From positions 64,001 through 128,000 of the forward strand of contig CAWCNJ010000004.1 in assembly GCA_963796955.1 (NCBI GenBank): a stretch of DNA of 64,000 bases, read 5' to 3'. The DNA is from Endomicrobiales bacterium (lineage in GTDB: Bacteria; Elusimicrobiota; Endomicrobiia; Endomicrobiales; JALOBY01). Both the position numbers and the translations under genes were made by a program. The notes beneath the pieces are model-generated. The model worked only from the letters and a program-made list of their open reading frames with translations, was not told the DNA's origin and searched no databases. Position 1 is the stretch's first letter. Each line of letters begins with the position of its first letter. This document shows positions 28,995 to 41,026 of the stretch, in pieces.

Positions 28995-30183
28995 AAAAGT
29001 GTATCTGGATCATAGCGCCACGACGCCCGCAAGACCGGAAGTCGTAGAGGCGATGAAACCTTATTTTACCGACATATTCGGCAATGCCTCCAGTTTGCAT
29101 ACTTTCGGGCAGGAATCGCGCAAGGCTTTGGCCGATGCCCGTGAAAGCATTGCGGCTCAGATAGGCGCGAAAGCCGACGAGATAGTGTTCACGGGGTGTG
29201 GTACTGAATCCGACAATATGGCTCTGAAAGGTGTTGCCTGGGCAAATAAGGAGAAGGGAAACCATATTATTACAACGCAGATAGAGCATCACGCCATCCT
29301 TTATACCTGCGAATATCTGGAGGCGCAGGGTTTTAAGGTTACGTACCTTGAAGTGGATAAAAACGGCAGGCTTGACCCTGAAGCCGTTCGCAAAGCCATG
29401 ACGCCGCACACCATTTTAGTAAGTGTTATGCATGCCAATAACGAGGTCGGCGCTATACAGCCTATCACCGAGATAGGCCAGATAATTGCCGCAGAGAACG
29501 CCAACCGCAATCATCCCGGCATGCCGCAGGTTTATTTTCATACGGACGCGGTGCAGTCCGCCGGCAAACTAAAGCTGAACGTAAACGAGCTTAAGGTGGA
29601 TATGCTTTCCGTTTCAGCCCACAAATTTTACGGCCCCAAAGGCGTCGGTATGCTCTATGTGCGCCGCGGCACGAACATGACACCCTTATTTCACGGCGGC
29701 CATCATGAGCATAACCGCCGGGCCGGCACAGAAAATACTGCCGGCATAGTGGGCATGGCGAAAGCTCTTGTTATGAGCAACCAGGAGATGGATGTTGAAC
29801 AAAGCCGCCAGCGGTCGCTGCGCGACAAGCTGGAAAAAGGTGTTCTTGCTGCGATCCCTGAAGTAGTGGTAAACGGTGCCGGGGAAAACCGTGTGGCAAA
29901 TGTTCTTAATTGCAGTTTCCAGGCGATAGAAGGCGAGGGATTGCTGCTGTCCCTGGATCTTGAAGGTATAGCTGTTTCCACCGGTTCCGCCTGCGCCTCG
30001 GGTTCCTCCGAGCCTTCCCACGTACTTAAAGCCATGTGCGTCGACACCGCACTAGCCCAAGGAACGGTAAGGTTCTCCCTTGGCCGCCACACCACCGATG
30101 AAGACATAACCTACGTCCTGGAAGTTTTGCCGCGTGTTGTAGCCCGCCTGCGTAGCATGTCGCCACTTTGGAAGGGGCAATGA
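28984..30183 (+). CDS. iscS: Cysteine desulfurase (IscS/NifS)
   Basis: YLDHSATTP, HTDAVQ, SAHKFYGPKG, RAGTEN, STGSACASG. Confidence 0.93.
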   Translation: MAIRKVYLDHSATTPARPEVVEAMKPYFTDIFGNASSLHTFGQESRKALADARESIAAQIGAKADEIVFTGCGTESDNMALKGVAWANKEKGNHIITTQIEHHAILYTCEYLEAQGFKVTYLEVDKNGRLDPEAVRKAMTPHTILVSVMHANNEVGAIQPITEIGQIIAAENANRNHPGMPQVYFHTDAVQSAGKLKLNVNELKVDMLSVSAHKFYGPKGVGMLYVRRGTNMTPLFHGGHHEHNRRAGTENTAGIVGMAKALVMSNQEMDVEQSRQRSLRDKLEKGVLAAIPEVVVNGAGENRVANVLNCSFQAIEGEGLLLSLDLEGIAVSTGSACASGSSEPSHVLKAMCVDTALAQGTVRFSLGRHTTDEDITYVLEVLPRVVARLRSMSPLWKGQ

Positions 30184-30228
30184 GCGGGAATAAGGCAATG
30201 GACGGTAAAAATATGATATACTTTTACT

Positions 30229-30495
30229 ATGATAACAGAAATTGATAAGAATGCCATCAAGGAAATATCGAATAAGTACCACGCGAGCAGGGTGCTGCTG
30301 TTCGGTTCGAGTGCTATTCCCGACAGGAAAAGCAACGACATCGACATCGCGGTTGAAGGAATTGCACCGGCGGATTACTACCGTTTTTACGGAGAACTGA
30401 TGTTCGCGTTATCCAAGCCCGTCGATGTGGTGGACCTTTCCGGGAACTCCAAGTTCATACAACTTATCAAGCGTGAAGGCATTGTTCTGTTATGA
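30229..30495 (+). CDS. Minimal nucleotidyltransferase (MNT) antitoxin
   Basis: LFGS...DIDIAV and VDVV motifs; 88 aa; overlaps the next gene (ATGA). Confidence 0.85.
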   Translation: MITEIDKNAIKEISNKYHASRVLLFGSSAIPDRKSNDIDIAVEGIAPADYYRFYGELMFALSKPVDVVDLSGNSKFIQLIKREGIVLL

Positions 30496-30908
30496 ACGAT
30501 CATCGCAAAAAAGTGGAAGCGGAATTCGAAGCGATAGAGAAGCTCATCGCGACGCTGCCTGTTGTGCCGGATTACTCGCAGCTTTCCCAGCTTGAGCTCG
30601 CCGGCGTGGCAGCCTTGATACATAATTTTTATAACGGTGTAGAGAATATATTAAAACAAATTTACGTTGCAAGGGAGATCGATCTGCCGCTGGGACAGTC
30701 ATGGCATCAAGAGCTGCTCAGCGGCTCGGTGCGTTCACTCATAATCTCAGAGTTTTTGGCTAACGAATTGAAGAGATTCCTTGCCTTCAGGCATTATTTC
30801 AGTCACGCATATGCGCTGGATCTATATCCAGACCGTATTCAACCTCTCGCTATTGATATCTCATCTATTTATAAAACCTTTAATAACGAAATATCGAAAC
30901 AACTTTAG
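30492..30908 (+). CDS. HEPN RNase toxin (HepT-like)
   Basis: HNFYNGVENI, WHQELL and RHYFSHAY (RX4H + Y) motifs. Confidence 0.85.
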   Translation: MNDHRKKVEAEFEAIEKLIATLPVVPDYSQLSQLELAGVAALIHNFYNGVENILKQIYVAREIDLPLGQSWHQELLSGSVRSLIISEFLANELKRFLAFRHYFSHAYALDLYPDRIQPLAIDISSIYKTFNNEISKQL

Positions 30909-30972
30909 ACAGCCATTAGGGTAAACAATGACCTGGGGCGAATGGGACGCGCAACCTAAAATGAGTTTTATT

Positions 30973-31005
30973 ACCACCCGGCGAAGATCCGCTCGGTGGT
31001 TTTTT
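30973..31005 (+). terminator. Putative intrinsic terminator after the TA pair
   Basis: ACCACC..GCG / CGC..GGTGGT stem followed by a T-run. Confidence 0.5.
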
Positions 31006-31102
31006 CGTTATGTGCGCAGCAAAACCCTGAAAGAAGATTTGTCATGAAGTCGAGCTGCTGATATCGATATGTCCTGATATTAAAAATGAAAATAGGAATA
31101 AG

Positions 31103-33921
31103 TTGATGGCGGATTTAATGGATTGTGAAAATACACTCATTTTAATTAAAGGTAGCGATAAAACAACGGAAATAGATAGTTGCAGCTATCGGAATAATAG
31201 GTACGATGTTAAATTTCGCAATAACTCAAAAACTTATCAATATCAACGCAATAGTGTCACGTTCTTGAGTGATCCTGGTTTGATAGATGGTGCTGACACT
31301 ATTGTTTATATCAATGACAAGCATTGTGCAGATGTAGTAAAGGTGTTAGATTTCGGCTCGCATGTGAGAGTATGTTTCCGGACACATAATTCTGTCGTTT
31401 ATAGGAAAGAAGACGTAAGGGTTTGTCAATCATGTTTGAATGATGCTCGGGCGAGGATTTGTTTTGAGTACATAAAGGAAATATCTGCGTATCATAAAAT
31501 CAGTGATGAGGTTAACGACGAGAGCGCAACTCCATTTTTAAGGAGACAATACGACAGTATAGCTAAATTACATGAAGATAGTATTCTTGCGACATATCTA
31601 AGGAAAAAATCGATCCTCAAAACGTTGTGGAATGTACCTTTTGTATTTCCATTCGGATTTAACATTAGTCAAAAACGTGCTGTCGAAACAGCGTTGAGTA
31701 GTAGTGCAAGTATAATTGAGGGGCCACCAGGTACAGGAAAGACTCAGACCATTTTGAATATCATTGCTAATGCGATTGTGGCCGGAAAGACATTGGCAAT
31801 TGTCTCAAACAATAATTCTGCTATAGATAATGTGCAGGAGAAACTTCGAAAAGAAGGGCTTGATTTTTTTACAGCATTTTTAGGCAATAGAGAAAACAAG
31901 GAAAAGTTCTTTGAAAATCAAAATCATGCATACCCAGATTTTGTAGCGTGGAAGTTAGAGGATAAAGCAGTATCTAAGCTGCAAAAAGAAATTGCTGCTT
32001 TACAAGACAGGATGGTCGAGTTGCTTGATAAACAAAATAGATGTGCATCACTGAAGCAAGAAAAGTCCAGTTTGCTTACAGAGAAGATCTATTTTGACGA
32101 GCAATTTGTTAGACAGGGCTCTCCATGGCTTAGGAAGTTTTCTTTCTTTAAGTTAAATGCTGATCAAATTATTTCTCTGTTGATCCAACTTGAATTTGCG
32201 GCTGAAAGGGAAATATTGTCTGGGCTTATGACGAGGTTTAAGGTCTTGTTTAAGTATGGAGCGTATGGGTTCCGTACGCTCATTTCTGATCTCAAAGCAA
32301 CTGTGTTGTACTTAAAGAAAATGTATTATGACGAAAGATTAAATTCGCTTAATGCTGACATAGAAGCCATAGAAGCCGAGCTAAAAAATGAAAACTTTAA
32401 CAAACTATTGTCAGAATGTAAAGATAGATCAATGGGATATTTTAAGGCAAAACTTTATGAACGATATTCAAACGCGATAACACGAGAAGTCTTCACCATA
32501 GACAGTTACAGGAGTCGATTTGCCAGGTTTGTAAACGAGTATCCGGTTGTGTTAAGTACTAGTCATTCGCTGAGAAACTGTATAGAGAATAACTTTTTAT
32601 TTGATTACGTTATTATTGATGAAGCTTCGCAAGTTGATATTGTGACTGGTGCTCTTGCAATTCTTGTGCGAGGAATGTTGTGATTGTGGGAGACTCAAAG
32701 CAATTGCCGCAAATAATAACACGTAAACTGAAAGATGTTTGTACTGAAAGCTTCCGGCGATCGGGATTACCGAGTGCGTATGATTATGTCAACAATAGTT
32801 TTCTGACCTCCTTTATCGAATTGTTTGGAGGTAGTATTCCAAAGACAATGTTAAAAGAACATTATCGTTGTCATCCGAAAATCATCGGGTTTTGTAACCA
32901 AAAATATTATGATAATCAACTTATTATTCTTACCGAGCAAAACGAACGAGATGAGGTCTTTTCTATCCATAGAACGGTTCCAGGAAATCATGAAAGAAAG
33001 ATTGGCGGGAGCTTCTATAATGAACGCCAGATAGATGTAATATTTGACGAAGTCTTAAAGATATTAGTTGTAAAAGGAGAAGGAGGCAATATGGGAATTG
33101 TGTCGCCCTACCGTTTACAGGCTGAGAAGATAAAGAAGCGCTTAATCGATATGCCATTTATAGATTCCGATACAGTTCACAAATATCAGGGTCGTGAAAG
33201 AGATATAATGATCATGACGACAGTGGTCAGGAGAATGAATAATTTCAATGATGATCCTAATCTGATAAATGTTGCAGTTTCGAGGGCTATTTCGAAGTTC
33301 ATTGTAGTGATGGCAGACAAATTTGATTGTAAACATGGATCTAATGTGGGAGATTTGATTCGCTACATGAAATATAACTCTCGAGATGAGGATATAGTAG
33401 CAAGCAACATTGTTTCAGTGTTTGATCTTTTGTATAGCGACTATTCAAAAGCGCTGAGCGTAACAATGAGAAGCCTGAAACACGTGTCGGAGTATACATC
33501 AGAAAATCTGATGAACTCTGTGATTGAAGGAGTCTTGAGCATGCCTGAATTTAATTGTTTTAAATATGTCCTTCATGTTCCATTGAACTCTATTGTTAAA
33601 GATGCTGGCAATCTGACTGATGAAGAAAAGATATACGCGGGTAACATTCTGACGCATGTGGATTTCCTGATATTTAATAAGATGGATAAAAGTCCATCTT
33701 TAGTCATGGATAAAAGTCAGGCTTTAGTTGTTGAGGTTGATGGTGTTGCGTTTCATGAAAACAGTCAGGAGCAAACGGTAAGAGATGAAAAGAAGAATTG
33801 CATTTTGAATAAAAACAACATCCCTATATTGCGTTTTCGGACTAACGGAAATGGTGAGGAAGCTGAGTTGATTTCAAAGTTGAGGGAAATCAAGGAGGGG
33901 GTCAGGAAACTTGAAGTGTAA
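31103..33921 (+). CDS. SF1 (DNA2/NAM7-like) helicase with C-terminal DUF2726-like nuclease domain, split by a 1-nt frameshift at ~32660
   Basis: EGPPGTGKT, IIDEASQ, (SCARN)VVIVGDSKQL, HYRCHP.I, DTVHKYQGRE, NVAVSRA; C-terminal HVDFLI...VEVDG..FH. Confidence 0.85.
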
Positions 33922-34033
33922 GACGTGATAAAATTGCCAACGTTTGCAAGTGTAGCAACTGACAAAACCGTGGATAAGACTATAAAAATACATTATAATT
34001 TCAAGTAATAATGAGTTCTTGGGATTTGTGATA

Positions 34034-35092
34034 ATGAAAAAAGTATTAGTTGCTATGTCGGGCGGGGTGGATTCTTCTGTTGCCGCGTACCTTCTAAAAT
34101 CTCAGGGGTATGAGGTGGTGGGGGTAACTATGCGCCTTTGGCATGGGAATGATGACAAGTATCTGCCGGGCGGGTGTTGCTCCTTGCAGGATGTTACGGA
34201 TGCACGGCGGGTTTGCGACAGCCTTGGTATAAAGCATTATGTGCTAAATATGGAGGAAGAGTTCAAAACCTGCGTTGTTGACCCTTTCGCCAAAGAATAT
34301 CTGCAAGGCCGCACACCTAATCCCTGTATAACCTGTAATGCAACAATGAAATTCGACCTGCTGCTGAAAAAGGCAAAAGGTATGGGCTTTGAGCTTATGG
34401 CCACCGGTCATTATGCCCGCATAGAGCAGGAGGATGGACAATATTTTTTAAAGCGCGGTATCGATCCCGGCAAAGACCAGTCATATGTGTTGTATTGCCT
34501 TACACAAAAAGAGCTTGCGCATGTTCTTTTGCCGCTTGGCGGCATGAATAAAACAGAGATCCGTGCCATCGCTGAACGGGAAAAACTGCCGGTTGCCCAT
34601 AAGCCCGATTCCCAGGAGATCTGTTTTGTGGAAGATGATTACGCCACATTTTTGCGCATGCATTACCCGGATGCCGAACAGATCCGGCAGGGTAATATAG
34701 TTGATGAAGCCGGAAAAATTCTTGGCAAACACAAGGGTCTGCCTTACTACACCATTGGCCAGCGCAAAGGTATGGAGATCTCGCACCCAACGCCGCTGTA
34801 TGTGCTTAAAATGGACATTCCTGCAAATGAATTGGTGGTAGGCCCCAAAGACCACGCTTATGGCACAGAATGCCTTGTAGAGCCTTGCACCTGGGTGAAT
34901 ACAGCGCCTACCGCAGCCATTGAATGCACCGTGAAGATCCGCTACCTTGCCACCCCAGCCCAGGCCACAATAACCCCATCGGGCAACACCATTTCTGTAC
35001 GCTTTGCAACCCCCCAATTTGCTATAACACCCGGTCAATCGGCCGTTTTTTATGATCAAGATACAGTAATCGGCGGCGGGATAATAATCTAA
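34034..35092 (+). CDS. mnmA: tRNA-specific 2-thiouridylase MnmA
   Basis: AMSGGVDSS, TPNPC..CN, ATGHYA, KDQSY, DSQEICF, TIGQRKG, TPGQ.AVFY. Confidence 0.96.
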   Translation: MKKVLVAMSGGVDSSVAAYLLKSQGYEVVGVTMRLWHGNDDKYLPGGCCSLQDVTDARRVCDSLGIKHYVLNMEEEFKTCVVDPFAKEYLQGRTPNPCITCNATMKFDLLLKKAKGMGFELMATGHYARIEQEDGQYFLKRGIDPGKDQSYVLYCLTQKELAHVLLPLGGMNKTEIRAIAEREKLPVAHKPDSQEICFVEDDYATFLRMHYPDAEQIRQGNIVDEAGKILGKHKGLPYYTIGQRKGMEISHPTPLYVLKMDIPANELVVGPKDHAYGTECLVEPCTWVNTAPTAAIECTVKIRYLATPAQATITPSGNTISVRFATPQFAITPGQSAVFYDQDTVIGGGIII

Positions 35093-35113
35093 CCAAGTAG
35101 CTTATTCAAAATT

Positions 35114-35153
35114 AAAAAAAAACCGCACCCTGGGGGAAGGGATGCGGTTTTTT
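35114..35153. terminator. Bidirectional intrinsic terminator between convergent mnmA and the porV-like gene
   Basis: A9-CCGCA-CCC...GGG-A-TGCGG-T6. Confidence 0.75.
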
Positions 35154-35171
35154 ATTGTCTGATGGGTCTTG

Positions 35172-36104
35172 TTAAAACTTCGTTGAAATAGTAATTCTGT
35201 TAGTGTCGTTAAGTTCGCCCATGGGGACGAAGGCGTAGTCCAGCTGGATATCCCAGACGTGAACGCCAAAGCCGGTGCTGAGGCCCGCCATGCCGCCGAG
35301 TTTGTCTGAATCCATGCCCAGTGTGTAGCCCCCGCGGATGCTGACAATTTTTCCCATGTTGTATTCGGCGCCTACCTGGGTGTAGAGCCGTGTGTCAACT
35401 ATGTAATCATTAACGTCAGCGGCAACGACCAGGTTGTTATTGAAAAGGCGGTAGGCAAGGCCTGCCCGCACATCCATTGGCAGCGGGTCGCCCTCATCAA
35501 CGAATTTTACTTGCGTGCCAATGTTGTACACCCCAAGGCTTGCCGTAAGCTTGTCTATGGGAGTTTTGTAAAGGCCCGCCAGGTCCAGGGCGTACGATTG
35601 GGCGGATTTATCATCAAGGGTCTGACGGATGAATTTCAGATTTGCGCCAAGCGAGAGATTATCGCAAAACAATTTTTCCCGGCCGTAAGATAGGTACAGA
35701 GCCGAGTCGTTCGCGCCGAATGTACCGTCGTTAAGATCGGTATCCAGTGTCCTGCGCTCTATGTCCGTGACCGACAGATAGTTAAGGCCTATGCCCATTA
35801 CACCTTTGCACAGTTCCTGCGAGTACCCGATAAAACCATAATTTATGCCTTGAACGTACTGCGAATACGATGCTGTTGCCTGACGCGTTTTCTGCCCGCC
35901 AAGCCCCGCCGGGTTCCAGTAAATGGCGTCGGCGTTGTCCGCGATCGCAGAGAAGGCGCCGCCCATCGCGACCGCCCGAGCGCCCTGCCCGATCTTCAGG
36001 AACTGGGCGCCGGTGGTGCCCACGCCGCCTGCGTAACCTGCCGCTGTTACCGTTAACATCGCTGCCAGCACCGTCGAAAGAGTTTTCAAGTTGTTAGTGA
36101 ACAT
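35172..36104 (-). CDS. PorV/PorQ family outer-membrane beta-barrel protein
   Basis: Signal peptide, FLKIG.GARA.AMGGA, YWNPAGL, C-terminal LDYAFVP.G.L...RI.IS.KF; RBS GAGGAGG. Confidence 0.85.
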   Translation of the reverse strand: MFTNNLKTLSTVLAAMLTVTAAGYAGGVGTTGAQFLKIGQGARAVAMGGAFSAIADNADAIYWNPAGLGGQKTRQATASYSQYVQGINYGFIGYSQELCKGVMGIGLNYLSVTDIERRTLDTDLNDGTFGANDSALYLSYGREKLFCDNLSLGANLKFIRQTLDDKSAQSYALDLAGLYKTPIDKLTASLGVYNIGTQVKFVDEGDPLPMDVRAGLAYRLFNNNLVVAADVNDYIVDTRLYTQVGAEYNMGKIVSIRGGYTLGMDSDKLGGMAGLSTGFGVHVWDIQLDYAFVPMGELNDTNRITISTKF

Positions 36105-36140
36105 CGTAATCCTCCTCGTGAATTTCATTTCGACGATACC

Positions 36141-39100
36141 TTATTTGATCAACGCCATTTTAATTACTTTCTTCTGGGTGCCTATTTCGGCGACGCACAG
36201 GTAGACGCCGCTGGCGCATTTGCTGCCGCTACCGTTACAGCCGTCCCAGTCGATATAGTAGTAATAGCCGCCGTCAACGCCGCCGGTCAAAATGTCGTTG
36301 GCGTTAAGCTCGCGCACCATTTCACCGGCAATGTTGTAGACCCGGAAGCGGGTTTTCACGCCCAGGCCCATGCTGGCGGGAACGGCAAACCGTATGACCG
36401 TGCCTTTGGTGGTTATCTGCCCCAGGCTGCCGCCGCGATTAAGTGCAACGGTCTTGCTCTGCAGGTTGAAGGGGTTCGGCACGTTAAAGACTTCGATGAT
36501 GTCGCCGGTAAATGCAAGGCGGGCCGGTGTTTTAGAGACCACGAATACGCCGGTTTGGTTGGACGCTGCGACCGCCTTTTGCGCGGGGTTCAGCTTGTAC
36601 TCGCTGCCGTTAAACCGCGCCATGGACGCTCTTTTAGGCGCCGGGTTTGAGCCGGTGGCATTCGCGATCGACGGTATTTCAATCGATACCGTGCCGCTTA
36701 TAGGGTCCACCATGGGGATAGCAAGTATCGGCTCCCATTGATGCGTGGTTTCGTTATATCTGCGCACGCTTAAAGAATCTGTACCGTCGCCTACCAGGCT
36801 CGGGTCGTAGCCCAGCGTCAGGGTCATGGTCTTGTCTTCGTTTTGCTGCGAACCGTTCAGGTCCATATCCACGTGGTAAATATCTCCGCCCAGTGCGTCT
36901 GCGTCCATGCCCGCGGCAAAGGAAGAACCGACGTGATTTTCCTTATTTATCGTTAATTGCGGTACAGAGCCGTCGGCGAGCGTAACGGAACCAGGGCTGA
37001 TATAGATCCCGGAAGTATCGTTGCCCTGGCTGTCCAGCACAACATCGCCGCTGGCAACCGCTTGCTGGTCTATGCTTGCTATCGATTGCGCCAGGTTCCT
37101 GGGGTCATACGCCACATCCGCCGTGTTCGTTGCGCCGCCGTCGTTGATAGTGAAACGGACCGCGTATGCCTTCGTTTTGTCCGCCAGGGTAACAGAATAC
37201 GTTTTATCGCCTATCTGGGATACGGTAAGGTCGGCTGCAGCTGTTTCACTGTAAGCCGTGCCTTCGTTGAATCTGGCTGTCAGCGAAACCAGTTTTTTCG
37301 GGCTGCTGCCTTGCAGTGTTACCGAGCCGTCCGTATTGGGGCGGGCGATAATGTCAACCTTGGGCGCTTTTGATTTGTAGGTAAAATCTATCCCGGTTGC
37401 CGTTGAACCGGCTGAGGCGGGCACCGCCGGCGAGGGCGCGTAAACCTGCACCGCTTTCCCAGGCACCACCAGCGCTACTTTATAGGTATGGCCTTCAATG
37501 ACGGGTGAGATAGTGTATATACCGTTATTATCGGTGGACACTTCGTAAATAGGCAGTTCCTTCGCAGGGTCCAGGCCGTTGGCGGTATCGTCGTATGCCA
37601 CAACGTTCGCGCCCGATACTATCAGCGGATAGGGGAATTGCTGCGAATACACCGTGCCGGTTATAGAGCCCGCGCAGGGAATAAGGGTGAAATTAGAGAT
37701 CTTACCCTCATTGGATATAACCACTTTGTCCGCGGCCAACGCGTAGCCTGCGGCTGTTACCGTCAGGCGGTATACGCCCATCGCAAGGCCCGGTATCAGG
37801 AATGTTCCGTCCGTCTGGGATTTTACCGTGCGGTCCAGAAGCCTGCCGCGTATGCGGATAATGGCGTCGGCGACCGGTTGTCCGCCGGAATTGCGCAGAG
37901 CGCCTGTTATCTGTTGTCCGGCCCCCGCATCATTGTCCATATCTACATTTACGGAGCCGGGTATAGCAACGGTGCGCAACAACGGCGGATAATTCGGTGT
38001 GGTAAAGATAAGTTTTACCTTGTCTTTTGCCGGCAGGTAATTGATGCCGTACGACATCTTGTTCATATAGCCCTGGATGCGTTTTATGGCAACAGGGTCG
38101 GCGGTGCTGCCGCCGCCGTCAAGGCCCGTCTGGCGGATTATCTCAGGCGTCGGTGTGACCATGCCGGTTGCCATTATGTTGCCGTCCATATCCATCACCG
38201 TAACGCGCGGCACGTATGATATGAAGTTGTTGAAGTTCGATGCTATCACCTGCATATCGGCATCGCGGATGGTATTAACGCCGGCATACGTGCCGGACAA
38301 CCTGTTTGCGCCAATGCTGACCGTTACAGGGATGAACTGGCAGCTGACCATGTTCATGGTCGACCCATTTTGCGCATATTGATCGGTTTGCTTAGAAAGG
38401 TCTATAACGACGTTCTTTGCCCTGCCGATAATGACCTTGGCGTAATTGGTATCAAATTGCGGGAATTGTTTTTCGTAAACCAGGTAGAAGTTGTAGGCGC
38501 CCGGCTCTAACGATACGTCCTGGAAGTTGCCGCCCCAGTAGTTTATGGTGTTGTCCTGGCTGCCGCCCTTGCCCATCTGAAATATGGTGTCCATGTTTTT
38601 TGCGTTCAGCGATATGCTGGCAGGGGTAAACACGATGCTCAGGTTGCCGCTCTGCATGCCGGTCGCGGGATCCTGGGTAAGAGAGGCTTTTATGTCGGCC
38701 GGCAGATCGGCTGAGAGGGTCGGGTGCACTTTAACGCCTTTATGGAGCGGTATTTCAACGGTGGTCGTAGATCCGGCCACGACGACAACATTTTTCATGT
38801 AGGCGGTGGCATAGATATACGAATTGCCCCAGCCGTTGGTTTGCAGATCGTAGTTGCCGGGCAGAAGCCCCTCTATTCTGAAAGAGCCGTCTTTATCCAC
38901 CTGGGCGGAACCCCAGGTATTGCTGTCGTTGTTATTGGCATTGATGTTTACGTTCATCATGTTCATACCGTCCAGCGTGGGTGTCAGTATGGTGCCGTTA
39001 GGCAGGCGGCAAACACCCGTGATGATACCTGCCGGCGCCATGGTAAGATTTGCCGTTACCGTCGGAACAGTTGCGGAAAGGCGGATATTCTCGTTGGTTC

Positions 39101-40867
39101 TTGGCCCGTTCGTATTCGGTTTCAAGCCAAAACCGGGGCGCTTACCGACAAGTTATAGACGGTGTTTGCAAGGCCTGTGATACTGTAGTTGTACACATTG
39201 GCCGAAACTCTGTCTGTGGTTTTCAATACCGTAAAACCTGATTTCGGCTGGGTCATGCCGCCGCCGCTGGTGTTTTCGTTCGCGACGATAAGCACGCTGG
39301 CAGGGTCAATTTCCGTAGAGGAACCCGTAAACGTTATCTGACCGGCGATCGAATTCGTTCCGTCCGGTGTTTTGGTGATGGTTATGATCAGGTCTTTCGT
39401 GGTATCATTATAAACGGTGGAAGCAGCAAGGCTGTTTGTGGATGCCGCCTGAAAAACCCTTGCGTACGCGTATTCGTTCGGCGTCGGGTTTGTGGTATCT
39501 ATCTGCACGATCAAATCGTTTCCCCATCCATTGCTCGATATGTTCCATTGATTAGATTCAACGGCTGCCACGCCATCAGCACCATTGTTGAAGATCACCG
39601 GCTGGTTGCTAAACTGGCTCCAGAGATTCAATGTATACCTGCCTGAGCTTAAACCCTCCAGCACGAACGACCCCTTGTTTATCTGGGTCCCTGCGTTTCC
39701 CATTCCCTGGTTCCTATCATAGCCGGGGCCAGGGTTATTTGAGGTGCCGTAATTATGTCCATCGCCCCATGCGTTGATCCATGCCTGCGGTATTGGGATA
39801 AGAGTGTCACCGAATTTAATGTTAACTATCCCTTTTATTCTGCCATGTGCGGCTGCCATAGGTACTATCAGTGTCCTGGTGCCGCCGGGATTAGTTGTGG
39901 TTGAGATCCAGGTCCCGCTATAGCCGTTTTTATTGAAATTTACTCCGTATTGTACGCCGTTGGCGAAGTATTTATTTGTGGCATCAGCATTTTCGTAGAA
40001 GGCAAAATAGCCGTTTTGGTCAGTTTGCGTGTTGAAATTAATAGCTGTCGCCGCCCCCATACTGTTTATGTTTACATTCACTCCTTCAATTCCGTCACTT
40101 CCCGGACTTTTTAAAGGGTCGATCACACGGCCTTCTATGGCGACAGGACCCAATTTCTCATCAGAAACTATCTGTCGGGTAGGTGGAGCCATTCCTCCGC
40201 CTGTGGATGAAATGTTCAGGGCAGCCGGTGTTGTATTGGTGCCGGCGCCGGGTTTGTTTTCAACGTCCTCTCTGCCGCCGCGCGGGTTTGCCGGATCCGG
40301 CTTAAAGACGTCCAGCTGAAAAGGCATATCTTCGCTGCTTACCGGGGCGCTATAGATAAAAGCTGTCTGGGATGCCCCATTGCATTTCAGGTACCCCATG
40401 CCGGATTGTTCCATAGTCCCTTTATTGGTAAGATTAAGGAATATAAGTTTACCGTTATCAATGTCGTGAACCACGGTTACCTGAATATCGCGGACGCTTT
40501 CTGTAGTAACCTGGTGCACTTGAATAGTTTTTGCCGCATCCGCTGAACCCATGTACACGGATGATGTCCAGTTCATCATTTGATCCCTGGCTGAGGGAAG
40601 GTAGCCTTGGCCAACGGCCATTATCTGGTAATTTCTGTTCGTCTCAGAAGAAGCGAATACGAACGAAGCCTGCCCGCTTCCATTGACAGGTTGCAGCTGC
40701 GCCCCCACCGGCCCCATGGAACTGAAGCTGACGGCCACTACGTCAATGCCGGTGGTAATGGCGGCGCCGGTCTGGTTGGTTACGGTGACGGTAAGGGTTG
40801 CGCTCCAGGCCGCGCAAGGCAACAGGGCGGCTACAATTAAACTACGCAAAAGAGTACACATTTTCAT
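36141..40867 (-). CDS. Large (~1,575 aa) secreted protein with carboxypeptidase-regulatory-like beta-sandwich repeats and a T9SS/FlgD-type C-terminal domain, split by a 1-nt frameshift at ~39135
   Basis: Signal peptide; repeated I.G.V...G.F.I.GL..G.Y.L units; C-terminal FNVPNPF...RVYNIAGEMVR...WDG.N.SG...ASGVY...KMALIK. Adding one base restores SAPGFGLKPN. Confidence 0.8.
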
Positions 40868-40930
40868 GGCATCCTCCCGAGGATTTGCTGCGTGGCCTTA
40901 GTTGGGTCGCGGGGAATTATTTGCGATATT

Positions 40931-40959
40931 AGCATAATATGAAATATTGGAAACGTCAA
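40931..40959 (-). promoter_or_regulatory. Putative sigma70 promoter for the secreted protein-porV operon
   Basis: Minus strand TTGACG-17 nt-TATGCT. Confidence 0.5.
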
Positions 40960-41026
40960 TAGTTTATTTTTCGGTCAGGAAATGGTATGATTACGCGCTA
41001 GTAAACACTATATCAGGAGAGTAAAA

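Noticed and set aside
30909..31102. Possible small ORFs, gene remnants or att site between the HEPN toxin and the helicase
   Set aside because: Only short unrecognisable frames; no flanking direct repeat or integrase found by eye.
39133..39138. Programmed ribosomal frameshift or phase-variable tract in the CTD protein
   Set aside because: The run is only G4 with no clear slippery heptamer, and it fits the window-wide single-deletion pattern.
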